A stretch of DNA of 64,000 bases from an uncultured Clostridia bacterium (GTDB taxonomy: Bacteria > Bacillota > Clostridia > TANB77 > CAG-508). How positions within the stretch are numbered: the first letter of the stretch is position 1; every line of letters starts with the position of its first letter. The stretch is taken from NCBI GenBank assembly GCA_944389225.1, contig CALXLP010000004.1:7314-71313 (forward strand), read 5' to 3'. Positions 10,724 to 21,204 of the stretch are shown here, in pieces. Below the pieces are notes generated by a model, which saw only the letters and a program-made list of their open reading frames with translations, did no database searches and was not told the DNA's origin. Both the position numbers and the translations under genes were made by a program.

Positions 10724-11569
10724 TTAATCCTTATCTATAAATTGTTGATATATTTCATTTTTATTGACATTTCTATCTTTTGCTATTTGCTTAATAATTT
10801 CTTTTTTGCTAAGCCCTTTTTCTTCATAATATCTATAATGTTCTTGTAAAGACATCTGTAATAAATCATTCTCTTCTTTTTTCTCTGCTCCCTCTATGAT
10901 TAAAACAATTTCTCCTTTTAATTCCTTTGCTCTTTCTATTAATACATCTATATTTTCTCTTATATATTCTTCGTGAATTTTAGTCAATTCTCTTGCTAAT
11001 ACAATTTTTCTATTTCCAATGATTTCTTTTAAATCTTTTAATGTTGTTTCAATCTTATGTGGTGCTTCATAAAGAATCATTGTTTTAGTTGTATTTTTAA
11101 TTTCTTCTAATTTTTCTTTTCTATTTTTCTTATTTAATGGTAAAAATCCTATAAATACAAATTCTTTTGTATCTAATCCTGAACAAATTAATGCGTTAAT
11201 CATTGCACATGCTCCTGGAATTGGTACAATAGGAATTTCCTCTTCTATACATTTTTTAATTACTTCTTCTCCTGGGTCACAAATTCCTGGAGTTCCTGCA
11301 TCAGAAACAAGCGCTATCTGTTTTCCTTGTTTTAATTCTTTGATTAATATATCTGTTTTAACATCTTCATTATGTCTATGATAACTAATTAATGGTTTTG
11401 ATATTTCTAAATGATTTAATAATTTTAAGGTATGTCTTGTATCTTCTGCAGCTATTAAATCTACTTCTTTTAATATATTGATTGCTCTTAATGTGATATC
11501 TTCTAAATTTCCTATTGGTGTTGCAACAATATATAAAGTTCCTATTTCTTTTGGATTGATTTCTTTCAT
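10724..11569 (-). CDS. rsmI: 16S rRNA (cytidine1402-2'-O)-methyltransferase RsmI
   Basis: LYIVATPIGNLEDITLRAINILKEVDLIAAEDTRHT tetrapyrrole-methylase-fold signature. Confidence 0.85.
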   Translation of the reverse strand: MKEINPKEIGTLYIVATPIGNLEDITLRAINILKEVDLIAAEDTRHTLKLLNHLEISKPLISYHRHNEDVKTDILIKELKQGKQIALVSDAGTPGICDPGEEVIKKCIEEEIPIVPIPGACAMINALICSGLDTKEFVFIGFLPLNKKNRKEKLEEIKNTTKTMILYEAPHKIETTLKDLKEIIGNRKIVLARELTKIHEEYIRENIDVLIERAKELKGEIVLIIEGAEKKEENDLLQMSLQEHYRYYEEKGLSKKEIIKQIAKDRNVNKNEIYQQFIDKD

Positions 11570-11573
11570 AATT

Positions 11574-11837
11574 TTATCCTTTCTTTTTTAATTTGATAAT
11601 AGATACAACCAATAAAATTATATCAACTATTAATGGGATTCCAATAATATAAAAGAAAAATACCATATCTAATCTAAATTGTTCATGCCAATTGTGTATA
11701 TCAATTCCAAGTGCAGGATATGGATATTTTATATCTAAAGTATAACAATAAATTGCATCAATAATGATTCTTAATACACAAATTATTAAAATAATACTTG
11801 TTACTATTAAAATTATTTTCCATTTTTTATTTTTCAT
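11574..11837 (-). CDS. small membrane protein, unknown function
   Basis: 87 aa, two hydrophobic helices; between yabB-like and rsmI. Confidence 0.4.
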   Translation of the reverse strand: MKNKKWKIILIVTSIILIICVLRIIIDAIYCYTLDIKYPYPALGIDIHNWHEQFRLDMVFFFYIIGIPLIVDIILLVVSIIKLKKKG

Positions 11838-11871
11838 AATTATCTTTCGCCTTTCACTATTTTATTTACAT

Positions 11872-12621
11872 TTATTTTTTATTATAGATTTTTAAAACTT
11901 CTTCTGTATAATTTCCTTTCTCGTCATAAATATATAAATTTGGTTCTAATTTTAAAAATGGTCTTGCATTTTTTACTCCCTGCACTAATACTAATTTAGA
12001 CACAGCATAAATATTCGAATACACGAATCGTATTTTCTTAGGCTCTATTTTATATTTTCTCATAAGAGATAATAAATCTACCAATCTTTCTGGTCTATAA
12101 ACAATATAAAATTCGCCTTTATCTTTTAACATATCTTTTGAAATCTTTATAAAATCTTCTAAATTTGCCTCTATTTCATGTCTAGAAATTAATTTTCTTG
12201 TGTCTTCATTTTGCACTCCCGTTTCTTTCTTTTTATAGGGTGGGTTTGTTACAATAACATCAAATGTATTTTTTTCAAAATAATTATTTAAATTTAGTAT
12301 ATTATCTTGTATCATTTTAAATTTATCTTCTAAATGATTTAACTGTATACTTCTTTTTGCCATTTCATATACTTCTTCTTGAACTTCTATTCCTGTTATT
12401 TCAGATAATTCTGTTTTTCCACATAATAAAGTGGCAATAATTCCTGTTCCAGTTCCTAAATCTAGTACTCTTGCCTCTTTTTTTATGTTTTTTGCAAAGT
12501 CTGAAAGTAATATACTATCAATACCAAAACAAAATCCATCCTTATTTTGTATAATTTTTAAACCTTTATATTCTAAATCATCAATTCTTTCATTTTCTTT
12601 TAATTTAATATTTTTTTCCAT
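11872..12621 (-). CDS. class I SAM-dependent methyltransferase, YabB/TrmN6-like (tRNA m6A37 MTase family)
   Basis: TNPPY catalytic motif (DVIVTNPPYKKK) and GxGxG SAM-binding (LDLGTGTGII); synteny with rsmI as in B. subtilis yabB-yabC. Confidence 0.6.
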   Translation of the reverse strand: MEKNIKLKENERIDDLEYKGLKIIQNKDGFCFGIDSILLSDFAKNIKKEARVLDLGTGTGIIATLLCGKTELSEITGIEVQEEVYEMAKRSIQLNHLEDKFKMIQDNILNLNNYFEKNTFDVIVTNPPYKKKETGVQNEDTRKLISRHEIEANLEDFIKISKDMLKDKGEFYIVYRPERLVDLLSLMRKYKIEPKKIRFVYSNIYAVSKLVLVQGVKNARPFLKLEPNLYIYDEKGNYTEEVLKIYNKK

Positions 12622-12753
12622 ATTTTATCCTCTTTATTAATTATAATGTTTTTATTATTCAATCTTTAGGAGAAAAATATATATTTACTGCAGGAGGCTC
12701 ACCCTTAAAGGTAAGCCTCCTGCACATCAGCAAAGCTGACTAAAATAGGATGG

Positions 12754-12909
12754 GAAAAATTCCCATTATGACAACAACGATTACACAGGATTCCACTACC
12801 CGCTTTATATTGTATTTTCTTTTTTCAAGTCCACTTTCAATGAACTCTATCATGCTAATTGTAATAATAAGTCCTAAAGCAAGTAACCCCCGTATAATTT
12901 CTGATCCCA
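12754..12909 (-). CDS. small hydrophobic peptide (about 51 aa), unannotated ORF
   Basis: Strong RBS AAAGGAGG 7 nt upstream of ATG (MGSEIIRGLLALGLIITISM...). Followed on the minus strand by a GC-rich hairpin (12690-12722) and a T-run. Confidence 0.35.
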
Positions 12910-13118
12910 TAATTTTTCCTCCTTTGCATTTTATAACATATATTATACAATATTTACATAATTAAATCAACTATATTGGAGGTTGCTTTTTTATAACAAA
13001 ATGAGTTAAAATTTTTTATTTTAATATGTTTAATATTTTTATGTATAAAACTACTCACTTCTTTTCTTGTATAGAATATATTATAATAATAATTTTATAT
13101 AAATAGGTGAAGATAATT

Positions 13119-13301
13119 ATGGATAAAAAAATGATTAAAAATATTGAAACAAGAGGTGGAAAATGCCCACCTCCTAAAAAGAAATTTAATTTAAAATGTT
13201 GTAAAGATAATACCATTAAGTCTTTACACGAAGTTGAATATTTTTTAAATCATTTTCATCGATTTATTAAATATATTAAATTGTATAAAATATTAAAATA
13301 A
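13119..13301 (+). CDS. possible small basic Cys-rich peptide (60 aa)
   Basis: RBS AGGTGA 8 nt upstream of ATG; MDKKMIKNIETRGGKCPPPKKKFNLKCCKD; no homology recognised. Confidence 0.2.
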   Translation: MDKKMIKNIETRGGKCPPPKKKFNLKCCKDNTIKSLHEVEYFLNHFHRFIKYIKLYKILK

Positions 13302-13331
13302 TTTTTTATATTTTATATAGCATTTTATTAG

Positions 13332-13901
13332 TTATTCATTTACATTCAAACTATACACTTCATTAAATTCTTCATTTTCTTCTCCATCAATTAAAATTTT
13401 GATAGAATTTACTTCAGTTAATTGTGTTAATGTTTTTACTAAACTATCAATGATATTTTGTTTTACAGTCGTATCTTCTTTATCATAATTTAAAAATTCA
13501 CTTGAAAAATCTAAATATACCATATCTTTTTCCTTATATGTTCTATTTAATTTCGTATTATCTGGAATCAGTTTTGTATACTTCTCATTTTTAGGACCTT
13601 CTATTAACATATTTACCAATTTATCATAAGGTGTATTCATAATTTCTTTAATATCTACTAATCTCGCTTCAGGTGCCAATTCATTTGTTTCTTTTTCTAA
13701 GAAATATAAGCTAACAATAGTTTGTCTGTTTTGTTCTTCGGTAATCTCTTCTTCTGGTATATATTCCTCTACAATGGTTTCTTCTTGATGTGTTTTAAAA
13801 TAATTGATAATAAGGTATCCTCCTACTAATATAATAATTAATAAAATGGTAAAAATAATCACTATTTTTTTATTCATATTATTTTCATTCCTTTCTTTCA
13901 A
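13332..13901 (-). CDS. GerMN-domain (GerM-like) sporulation/germination lipoprotein
   Basis: N-terminal TM/signal, then LYFLEKETNELAPEARLVD...KDMVYLDFSSEF GerMN-like pattern. Confidence 0.55.
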   Translation of the reverse strand: MKERNENNMNKKIVIIFTILLIIILVGGYLIINYFKTHQEETIVEEYIPEEEITEEQNRQTIVSLYFLEKETNELAPEARLVDIKEIMNTPYDKLVNMLIEGPKNEKYTKLIPDNTKLNRTYKEKDMVYLDFSSEFLNYDKEDTTVKQNIIDSLVKTLTQLTEVNSIKILIDGEENEEFNEVYSLNVNE

Positions 13902-14137
13902 ATTTATTTGTTTTTATTTATTACCTATTTTATTGTTTGTTTGTCCTTTTTAGAACTAAAGCTTATTAGAAAAAAATGATAAATACATATCATAAATTTT
14001 TACATTTATCATCTTTAAAAATTTTATATTTTCTTGCTAACTTTTACAACATTTTCCATTTGACAAAAGTGCCTTTTCCGTATACAATTAAGGTGGTTTA
14101 TTATGAAAAATTTATATACAAAAAAGGAGTTTTTGTC

Positions 14138-17100
14138 ATGAATGAAATTTTACATGTTGGACTTGATGTTGGATCTACAACAGTCAAGATAATCGTAATG
14201 GATAATAATAAAAATACTATATATTCAGATTACCGTAGACATTTTTCAGATGCTAAAAAGACAGTTTGTGAAGTTTTAGAAGAATTACTAGTAAAATATC
14301 CTTCTGCTTCATTTACAATTGCATTAACTGGTTCTGGAGCAATGTCTGCTGCAAAATTTTTAGGAGTGGATTTTATTCAAGAAGTAGTTTCTTGTAAAAG
14401 AGTGATTGAGAAATATTTTCCAAAAACAGATGTTGTTATCGAATTAGGTGGAGAAGATGCCAAAATTATCTATTTTGATAATTCTATTGAACAAAGAATG
14501 AATGGTACTTGTGCTGGTGGTACTGGTGCCTTTTTAGACCAAATGGCTTCTTTATTACATACAGATACAGCAGGTTTAAACGAATTAGCAAAAGGATATC
14601 AAACCATTTATCCAATTGCTTCTCGTTGTGGTGTTTTTGCGAAAACAGATATACAACCTTTAATTAATGAAGGTGCCGCAAAAGAAGATATTGCAGCTTC
14701 TATTTTCCAAGCAGTTGTTAACCAAACGATTAGTGGATTGGCTTGTGGTAGACCTATTAGAGGAAATATTGCCTTTTTAGGTGGTCCTTTAAGTTATTTA
14801 CCAGAATTAAGAAAGCGTTTTATAGAAACATTACATTTAACAGATGACCAAATTATTGTACCAGAAAACGCGCATTTATTAGTTGCCAAAGGTGCTGCTT
14901 TGGATTCATTTAATACAGAAGTGATTACACCTAATGAATTAGAAAAGAAAATAGAAAATTTCAAACAATCACATGATACAACCACACAACCACTTGATCC
15001 TTTATTTAAGGATGAAGCTGAATATGAAGCTTTTAAAGAAAGACATAATAAAGCAACTGTTCCTTCAAAACCATTGGAAAATTACGAAGGTGATTGTTTC
15101 TTAGGAATTGATGCAGGTTCTACAACAACAAAACTTGTATTAATTGATAGAGATGGTAACCTATTATATTCTTTATATGGTAGCAATGAAGGAAATCCAT
15201 TACAAAGTGTTATGGATATGTTGAGAAAATTATATAAAGTATTACCTGAAAAAGTCATTTTAAGATATAGTGGTGTTACAGGTTATGGAGAAAAATTAAT
15301 TCAAACAGCTTTAAATGTTGATTTAAACGAAATTGAAACAATTGCCCATTATACAGCTGCTAAAACATTTGAACCAGATGTAACCAGTATTGTCGATATT
15401 GGTGGGCAAGATATGAAATATATTAGAATTAAAAATGGTTCTATTGATAATATCATGTTAAATGAAGCTTGTTCTTCTGGATGTGGTTCTTTTATAGAAA
15501 CATTTGCAAAAAGTTTGAATTTAGAAATATCTGAATTTGTTAAAGAAGCACTAAAATCAAGAAGACCTGTTGATTTAGGTTCAAGATGTACCGTATTTAT
15601 GAACTCAAAAATCAAACAAGCACAAAAAGAAGGCTATTCTGTTGGAGATATTTCTAGTGGATTGTCATATTCTGTTATCAAGAATGCCATTCAAAAAGTT
15701 ATGAAAGTTAGAGATGTTGAAACATTAGGAAAACATATTGTTGTTCAAGGTGGTACTTTCTATAATGATGCAGTCCTTAGAGCTTTTGAATTAATTGTTG
15801 GTAAAAATGTTGTAAGACCAAATATCTCAGGATTAATGGGCGCTTACGGAATGGCTTTACTTTCAAAAGAACAATATGAAGCTAACTTAGATATGGAATA
15901 TACATCTACCATCTTAAAAGAAGATGAATTAGATAATTTAAAAATAAAAATCACACATACACATTGTAATAACTGTGAAAATCATTGTAAATTAACAATC
16001 AATAAATTTAGCAATGGACAAATCCATGTAACTGGTAACCGTTGCGAAAAAGGTGCCGGTATTGTTACAAAATCTAAAAATTTACCAAACTTAGTACAAT
16101 ATAAATATGAAAGAATTTTTGATTATACACCATTAGAAGAACAATATGCAACCAGAGGAACCATTGGAATCCCTAGAGTTTTAAATATGTATGAGGATTA
16201 TCCTTTCTGGTTTACTTTCCTTACAAGTTTAGGATTTAGAGTTATTATTTCTGAAAAGAGTACCAGAAAGACCTATGAAAAAGGTATGGAATCTATGCCT
16301 TCAGAATCAGTATGTTATCCAGCAAAACTTTCACATGGACATATTGAAAGTTTATTAGAACAAGGAATTAAAACCATCTTCTATCCTTGTATGCCATATT
16401 CTAGAAAAGAATATGAAAAAGCAGATAATCACTATAACTGTCCTATTGTTATTTCTTATTCTGAGGTATTAAAAAATAATGTAGAAGGATTAAAAGACCC
16501 TACCGTAAAATTCTTAAATCCATTCTTACCTTTTGATAAGAAAAACTTAGTAAAGAAAATATTAGAATTAGATGAATTTAAACAATATCACTTTACAAAA
16601 GAAGAACTAAATGAAGCAGCCGATAAAGCAGAGGCAGAATATCAAAAATGTAAAGAAGATATCCGTAGAAAAGGTGCTGAAACGGTAAAATACATAGAAG
16701 AAAATCATTTGAAAGGTATTGTTTTAGCTGGTCGTCCATATCATGTTGACCCAGAAATCAATCACGGTATTGATACATTAATCACTTCATTAGGATTATG
16801 TGTTTTAACAGAAGACAGTATTTCAAATCAAACAGAAGTAAAAAGACCAATTCGTGTTGTTGACCAATGGGTATTCCATGCAAGACTTTATGCAGCAGCA
16901 GATTTTGTTGGAAAACATGACTGTTTAGAATTAGTTCAATTAAATTCTTTTGGATGTGGTGTTGATGCCGTTACAACAGACCAAGTAGAAGAAATCTTAT
17001 CTAGTTATGATAAAATGTATACATTAATTAAAATTGATGAAGTTAATAACTTAGGAGCTGTTAGAATTCGTATCCGTTCATTACTTGCTAGTATGAAAAG

Positions 17101-18484
17101 ACGTGAAAAAGAAAAAAGAGAAAATAATCATATTGGTGATTATGAACAACATAAAAAAATCTTTACAAAAGATATGAAAAAAGACTATACCATTTTAGTA
17201 CCACAAATGGCACCAATTCATTTTGAATTATTAGAAGCTGCCGTACAATCTAGTGGATATAAAGTGGAATTACTAAGAGAATGTACACAAAAAACAGTAG
17301 AAACTGGATTAAAATATGTAAATAATGATGCTTGTTATCCATCTATATTAGTAACTGGACAAATGATTGAAGCTCTTCAATCTGGTAAATATGACTTAAA
17401 TAGAACGGCTTTAATTATGTCTCAAACAGGTGGAGGATGTAGAGCAACTAATTATATAGGATTTATTAGAAAAGCTCTTAAAGATGCAGGATTTGAAAAT
17501 ATACCAGTTATTTCATTTAATATTGTTGGTATGGAAAAAATGCCAGGATTTAAAATAACGGTCCCATTAATTGAACGTTTATTAAAAACAATTCTATATG
17601 GTGATTTATTACAAAAAATGTTAACCAAAAACAGAGCTTATGAAAAAAATAAAGGAGAAACACAAAAATTATTTGATGAGTGGATGGAAAAATGCAAAAA
17701 ATTACTTCAAAAATCAACAACCAAAGAATTTAAACAAAGTATTTATGATATTGTCAATGACTTTGAAAAAATTGAATTAGATACATCTATCGAGAAACCT
17801 AGAGTTGGTATTGTTGGAGAAGTTCTTATTAAATATCATCCATTTGGAAATAATCATGTTGCTGATTTACTAGAAAAAGAGGGTGCTGAAGTTATTTTAC
17901 CTGACTTTATGGGATTTGTTAAATTTATGGCTACACATAAAATTACATTTAATACTTTATTAAATACCAATAAAACTTCTTCAAAAATTATGAAGGCTGC
18001 TATCAAATTAATTGATATTTTAGAAAAAGATATGAAAATTGCTTTAGCAAATTCTAAAAAAGGCTATTTACCACCTTGTGATATTTGGCACTTAGAAGAT
18101 AAAGTAAAAGATGTATTATCTATTGGAAATCAAACTGGTGAAGGTTGGTTCTTAACAGCTGAAATGATAGAATATATTGAACATAATATTCCAAATATCA
18201 TCTGTGTTCAACCATTTGCTTGCTTACCAAACCATGTTGTTGGTAAAGGTGTTATCAAAACCATTAGAGAAAAATATCCAGATGCCAATATTTCTCCAGT
18301 AGATTATGACCCTGGTGCTAGTGAAACAAATCAAGCAAACAGAATTAAATTATTAATGACTGTTGCTAAAGATAACTTAAAAACAAAACAAGCTAGAAAA
18401 GAAGCTATTGAAAAAGAAAATGAACCAGCACCACAAACAAACTCTGCTGAAAAAATCGAGCACTCACAAAAAATTGATGCGTAA
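14138..18484 (+). CDS. fused CoA-substrate-specific enzyme activase (two BadF/BcrA/HgdC-type ASKHA ATPase domains) plus 2-hydroxyacyl-CoA dehydratase (HgdB-like) domain
   Basis: Two ATPase N-termini (LHVGLDVGSTTVKI and CFLGIDAGSTTTKLVL), a CxxC cluster region and a C-terminal dehydratase-like domain; RBS AAAAGGAG before ATG at 14138. Confidence 0.75.
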   Translation: MNEILHVGLDVGSTTVKIIVMDNNKNTIYSDYRRHFSDAKKTVCEVLEELLVKYPSASFTIALTGSGAMSAAKFLGVDFIQEVVSCKRVIEKYFPKTDVVIELGGEDAKIIYFDNSIEQRMNGTCAGGTGAFLDQMASLLHTDTAGLNELAKGYQTIYPIASRCGVFAKTDIQPLINEGAAKEDIAASIFQAVVNQTISGLACGRPIRGNIAFLGGPLSYLPELRKRFIETLHLTDDQIIVPENAHLLVAKGAALDSFNTEVITPNELEKKIENFKQSHDTTTQPLDPLFKDEAEYEAFKERHNKATVPSKPLENYEGDCFLGIDAGSTTTKLVLIDRDGNLLYSLYGSNEGNPLQSVMDMLRKLYKVLPEKVILRYSGVTGYGEKLIQTALNVDLNEIETIAHYTAAKTFEPDVTSIVDIGGQDMKYIRIKNGSIDNIMLNEACSSGCGSFIETFAKSLNLEISEFVKEALKSRRPVDLGSRCTVFMNSKIKQAQKEGYSVGDISSGLSYSVIKNAIQKVMKVRDVETLGKHIVVQGGTFYNDAVLRAFELIVGKNVVRPNISGLMGAYGMALLSKEQYEANLDMEYTSTILKEDELDNLKIKITHTHCNNCENHCKLTINKFSNGQIHVTGNRCEKGAGIVTKSKNLPNLVQYKYERIFDYTPLEEQYATRGTIGIPRVLNMYEDYPFWFTFLTSLGFRVIISEKSTRKTYEKGMESMPSESVCYPAKLSHGHIESLLEQGIKTIFYPCMPYSRKEYEKADNHYNCPIVISYSEVLKNNVEGLKDPTVKFLNPFLPFDKKNLVKKILELDEFKQYHFTKEELNEAADKAEAEYQKCKEDIRRKGAETVKYIEENHLKGIVLAGRPYHVDPEINHGIDTLITSLGLCVLTEDSISNQTEVKRPIRVVDQWVFHARLYAAADFVGKHDCLELVQLNSFGCGVDAVTTDQVEEILSSYDKMYTLIKIDEVNNLGAVRIRIRSLLASMKRREKEKRENNHIGDYEQHKKIFTKDMKKDYTILVPQMAPIHFELLEAAVQSSGYKVELLRECTQKTVETGLKYVNNDACYPSILVTGQMIEALQSGKYDLNRTALIMSQTGGGCRATNYIGFIRKALKDAGFENIPVISFNIVGMEKMPGFKITVPLIERLLKTILYGDLLQKMLTKNRAYEKNKGETQKLFDEWMEKCKKLLQKSTTKEFKQSIYDIVNDFEKIELDTSIEKPRVGIVGEVLIKYHPFGNNHVADLLEKEGAEVILPDFMGFVKFMATHKITFNTLLNTNKTSSKIMKAAIKLIDILEKDMKIALANSKKGYLPPCDIWHLEDKVKDVLSIGNQTGEGWFLTAEMIEYIEHNIPNIICVQPFACLPNHVVGKGVIKTIREKYPDANISPVDYDPGASETNQANRIKLLMTVAKDNLKTKQARKEAIEKENEPAPQTNSAEKIEHSQKIDA

Positions 18485-18566
18485 AATTTGACATATTTTC
18501 AAAATTGTTGTATACTATGAATAGAAATAAATTTTTATGAGATTTTTCATATAAAATCAATTAAAA

Positions 18567-18601
18567 ATAGAGGAAGCTGCAACTTCCTCTATTTTTTCTC
18601 C
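18567..18601 (+). terminator. intrinsic terminator downstream of the activase fusion gene
   Basis: AGAGGAAGCTGCAACTTCCTCT hairpin followed by ATTTTTTCTCC. Confidence 0.55.
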
Positions 18602-18806
18602 TTTTTTATGTATTGTATAATCTCTAGAAGTATTAGGAGTTTTAGTATTTTTATGAAATCCTTCATTATAAAATCACCTCCTTCATGGAGGTGATTTTAT
18701 TCTACAATAAATATTTACTTTATGCAATATATTTACATATAATTATAAATTTTAGTTGAATAGTTTACTTTTTTATGCTATTATTTTATTTGAAAGGATT
18801 ATTACT

Positions 18807-19502
18807 ATGGATAAAAATTATTATGAAATATTAGAAGTGGATCGAAATGCATCACCTGAAATTATCGAAAAAGCATATAAAACTTTAGCCAAAAAATATC
18901 ATCCTGACCTACAAGATGATATTCATAAAAAAGAATCTGAAGAAATCTTTAAAATTATTAATGAAGCTTACCAAACTTTATCAGATTCCGAACAGAGAGC
19001 TTTATATGATCAAAAAATAGAAGATACTGTTGTTTCTCAAGATAAATATGATGAAATGTATCAACAAAATCAGGTTTTAAAAGATAAATTAAACGATTTA
19101 CAACAACATATGTATAATGAAAATACTTATTCACAAAATGTAAATTCTGTTAATAATAATGCAAACATAAATTATTCTTCTGATAATACACAAAATTCTT
19201 ATCAGAATGCGCAAGCTGAACAATATAGAAGAAATTTAGAATATGAACAACAAGTAAATCAAGCAAGACAACAAGCATATCATGATGCTTATATACAAGA
19301 CTTAAAAAATAGGGGCTATAAAATACGATATAAAAAATCTTTTTCAGACTATGTAAAATCATTTATTGCACTTATTATTGTTGTCCTTATTTTATTCCTC
19401 ATATTCCAACTTCCTTTTGTAAAAAATTATTTTATTGAATTATATAATACAAATTCTGTTTTTAGAGTGATTGGTAATATTTTTATAAATATATTTAATT
19501 AA
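18807..19502 (+). CDS. DnaJ (J-domain) protein with C-terminal transmembrane anchor
   Basis: [31 protein letters not shown]-domain with HPD motif; Q/N-rich middle; C-terminal hydrophobic helix. Confidence 0.6.
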   Translation: MDKNYYEILEVDRNASPEIIEKAYKTLAKKYHPDLQDDIHKKESEEIFKIINEAYQTLSDSEQRALYDQKIEDTVVSQDKYDEMYQQNQVLKDKLNDLQQHMYNENTYSQNVNSVNNNANINYSSDNTQNSYQNAQAEQYRRNLEYEQQVNQARQQAYHDAYIQDLKNRGYKIRYKKSFSDYVKSFIALIIVVLILFLIFQLPFVKNYFIELYNTNSVFRVIGNIFINIFN

Positions 19503-19503
19503 A

Positions 19504-19548
19504 AAAGAAATATCAAAAAATTCTAATTTGATATTTCTTTTTTTATTA
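19504..19548. terminator. bidirectional terminator between convergent genes
   Basis: GAAATATCAAA...TTTGATATTTC inverted repeat flanked by A-run and T-run. Confidence 0.5.
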
Positions 19549-21204
19549 TATTATATTTTTAAATAATTTATTTTTTCTTATTTGTTTTCTTACATATTTA
19601 TTAATAATACATAATATAATTGCAAATATTATAAAGGTTAGTAATATTCCTACATATATATTTAGATTCTCAAATGCCCTTTTTATATACATTAAAAGTA
19701 CAACCACTACAATTGTCCATACATATTGAAATATTTTATTTTGATTTTGCTTAAATACATCTATTTCTGCTTTCCAATCTAGTATCGGTCTTTTTATATC
19801 TACAATTAACATTAAAAAACTATTAGCAATTATTAGTATAATACTTACAATAAATGTCAATATCAACTCTACAATAGATACTGCTGGAAATATTATTTTA
19901 CAAAGAATTAATACAATTAATGAGATGATTATATTAATGATTACTTGTGGTACATTTTTCAATAAGAACTGTTTATACAAACTAATTGGTATATACTTCA
20001 TAAAAATAGCATTTGATCCTTGTCTAGAAATTGCAGTAATTGATATACTTACCATTGAACATAAAACCTGTATAATGCCTAATATAATACAAACACCTTC
20101 TATTGTTAAATGCATTTCTCCCAATAGGTTTGACAATTCTTGATTTTTTTCTATAATTCCCACCTTAAAATATATTGTTAAAATAATAAACATAATCATC
20201 ATCATACATATTGGATAAATTGTTTGCATAAAAAATATAGCATTTTTTATAAAGTTCTTAAAATCATTTTTTATATAGGATATTAATACATTTTGTACAT
20301 TGCATTGTGTTTCAAAATCAACCTTTTTCTCATGCTTATTCTTATTATATCCTGTTGTTTTTAATATATTTTTTATGTATGTTCTTTTTCCTAGTGCTAT
20401 TAGGATTACATACATGACTGCATAAATAGCAATTACCTTTACTAAATTTATAAATACTTGATCTCTATTTAAAATAGAAATTAATGGATTGACAACAATC
20501 ATACTACGATTAATCGTTTCTGATATGTTACTAGCATCTGTACCTATTGTATCAGCATCAAATTGAGTAGAAGTAATTCCTTTTATAAATAAAACTTCTG
20601 CAAACACAATAAGAAAAACAAAAAATAAAGTTATAAATATTTGAAACTTGTTCTTATTTTTTATTGTTTTTATAAATTTCATAATAATTAATGTTATTAT
20701 ACTTACTAGTACTACTGGAAATATTGGTAATAATGCTAATGCTAATATTACATACAAATAATAAGAAAACGATGCTGTTGTAGATATTCCATATAGTAAT
20801 AATGGTATTAGCATAAATAATAATTCTGTTCCATACAAAATATTTATAATTGTGTTTACTTTTGATAATAACAATTCTTCAGCTTTAATAGGCATTGGTA
20901 AAAAAGATTCTATATCTTTTGAAAAATATAATATATTCATACTTGCTGTAATCGTTTGCATAAACATAATTATAATTGCTATTGTAAAAAGAACATTAAG
21001 AAATATTTGCATTTGTCCATAATCTTCTAATATATTTAGTACCTCATTACTTACAAAGGCTATTGCTAATACAACAATTACAATTAACCAAACATACATA
21101 GATTTTTTATTAATCTTTTTTGTATTTTTATCTAGTAAATTAAGATTTTGCAAAAAATTTCTAGTTGATATTTTTGTTAATAATAATATATTTTTAATCA
21201 TCAC
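19546..21204 (-). CDS. polytopic ABC transporter permease (ABC-2-like), partner of the downstream ATPase
   Basis: 552 aa with at least 10 hydrophobic helices; overlaps the start of the ATPase gene by 11 nt. Confidence 0.5.
   Translation of the reverse strand: MMIKNILLLTKISTRNFLQNLNLLDKNTKKINKKSMYVWLIVIVVLAIAFVSNEVLNILEDYGQMQIFLNVLFTIAIIIMFMQTITASMNILYFSKDIESFLPMPIKAEELLLSKVNTIINILYGTELLFMLIPLLLYGISTTASFSYYLYVILALALLPIFPVVLVSIITLIIMKFIKTIKNKNKFQIFITLFFVFLIVFAEVLFIKGITSTQFDADTIGTDASNISETINRSMIVVNPLISILNRDQVFINLVKVIAIYAVMYVILIALGKRTYIKNILKTTGYNKNKHEKKVDFETQCNVQNVLISYIKNDFKNFIKNAIFFMQTIYPICMMMIMFIILTIYFKVGIIEKNQELSNLLGEMHLTIEGVCIILGIIQVLCSMVSISITAISRQGSNAIFMKYIPISLYKQFLLKNVPQVIINIIISLIVLILCKIIFPAVSIVELILTFIVSIILIIANSFLMLIVDIKRPILDWKAEIDVFKQNQNKIFQYVWTIVVVVLLMYIKRAFENLNIYVGILLTFIIFAIILCIINKYVRKQIRKNKLFKNII

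Noticed and set aside
12750-12965. 71-aa plus-strand ORF 12750..12965
   Set aside because: It overlaps on the opposite strand a smaller ORF that has a perfect RBS. The plus-strand ORF lacks an RBS and has a Ser/Thr/Ile low-complexity translation.
18661-18690. Perfect palindrome AAATCACCTCC-TTCATG-GAGGTGATTT upstream of the dnaJ-like gene, as a regulatory operator
   Set aside because: It could equally be a second terminator hairpin of the upstream gene. It contains an SD-like GGAGGTGA on both arms. It has no clear -35/-10 context, so it is left unassigned.
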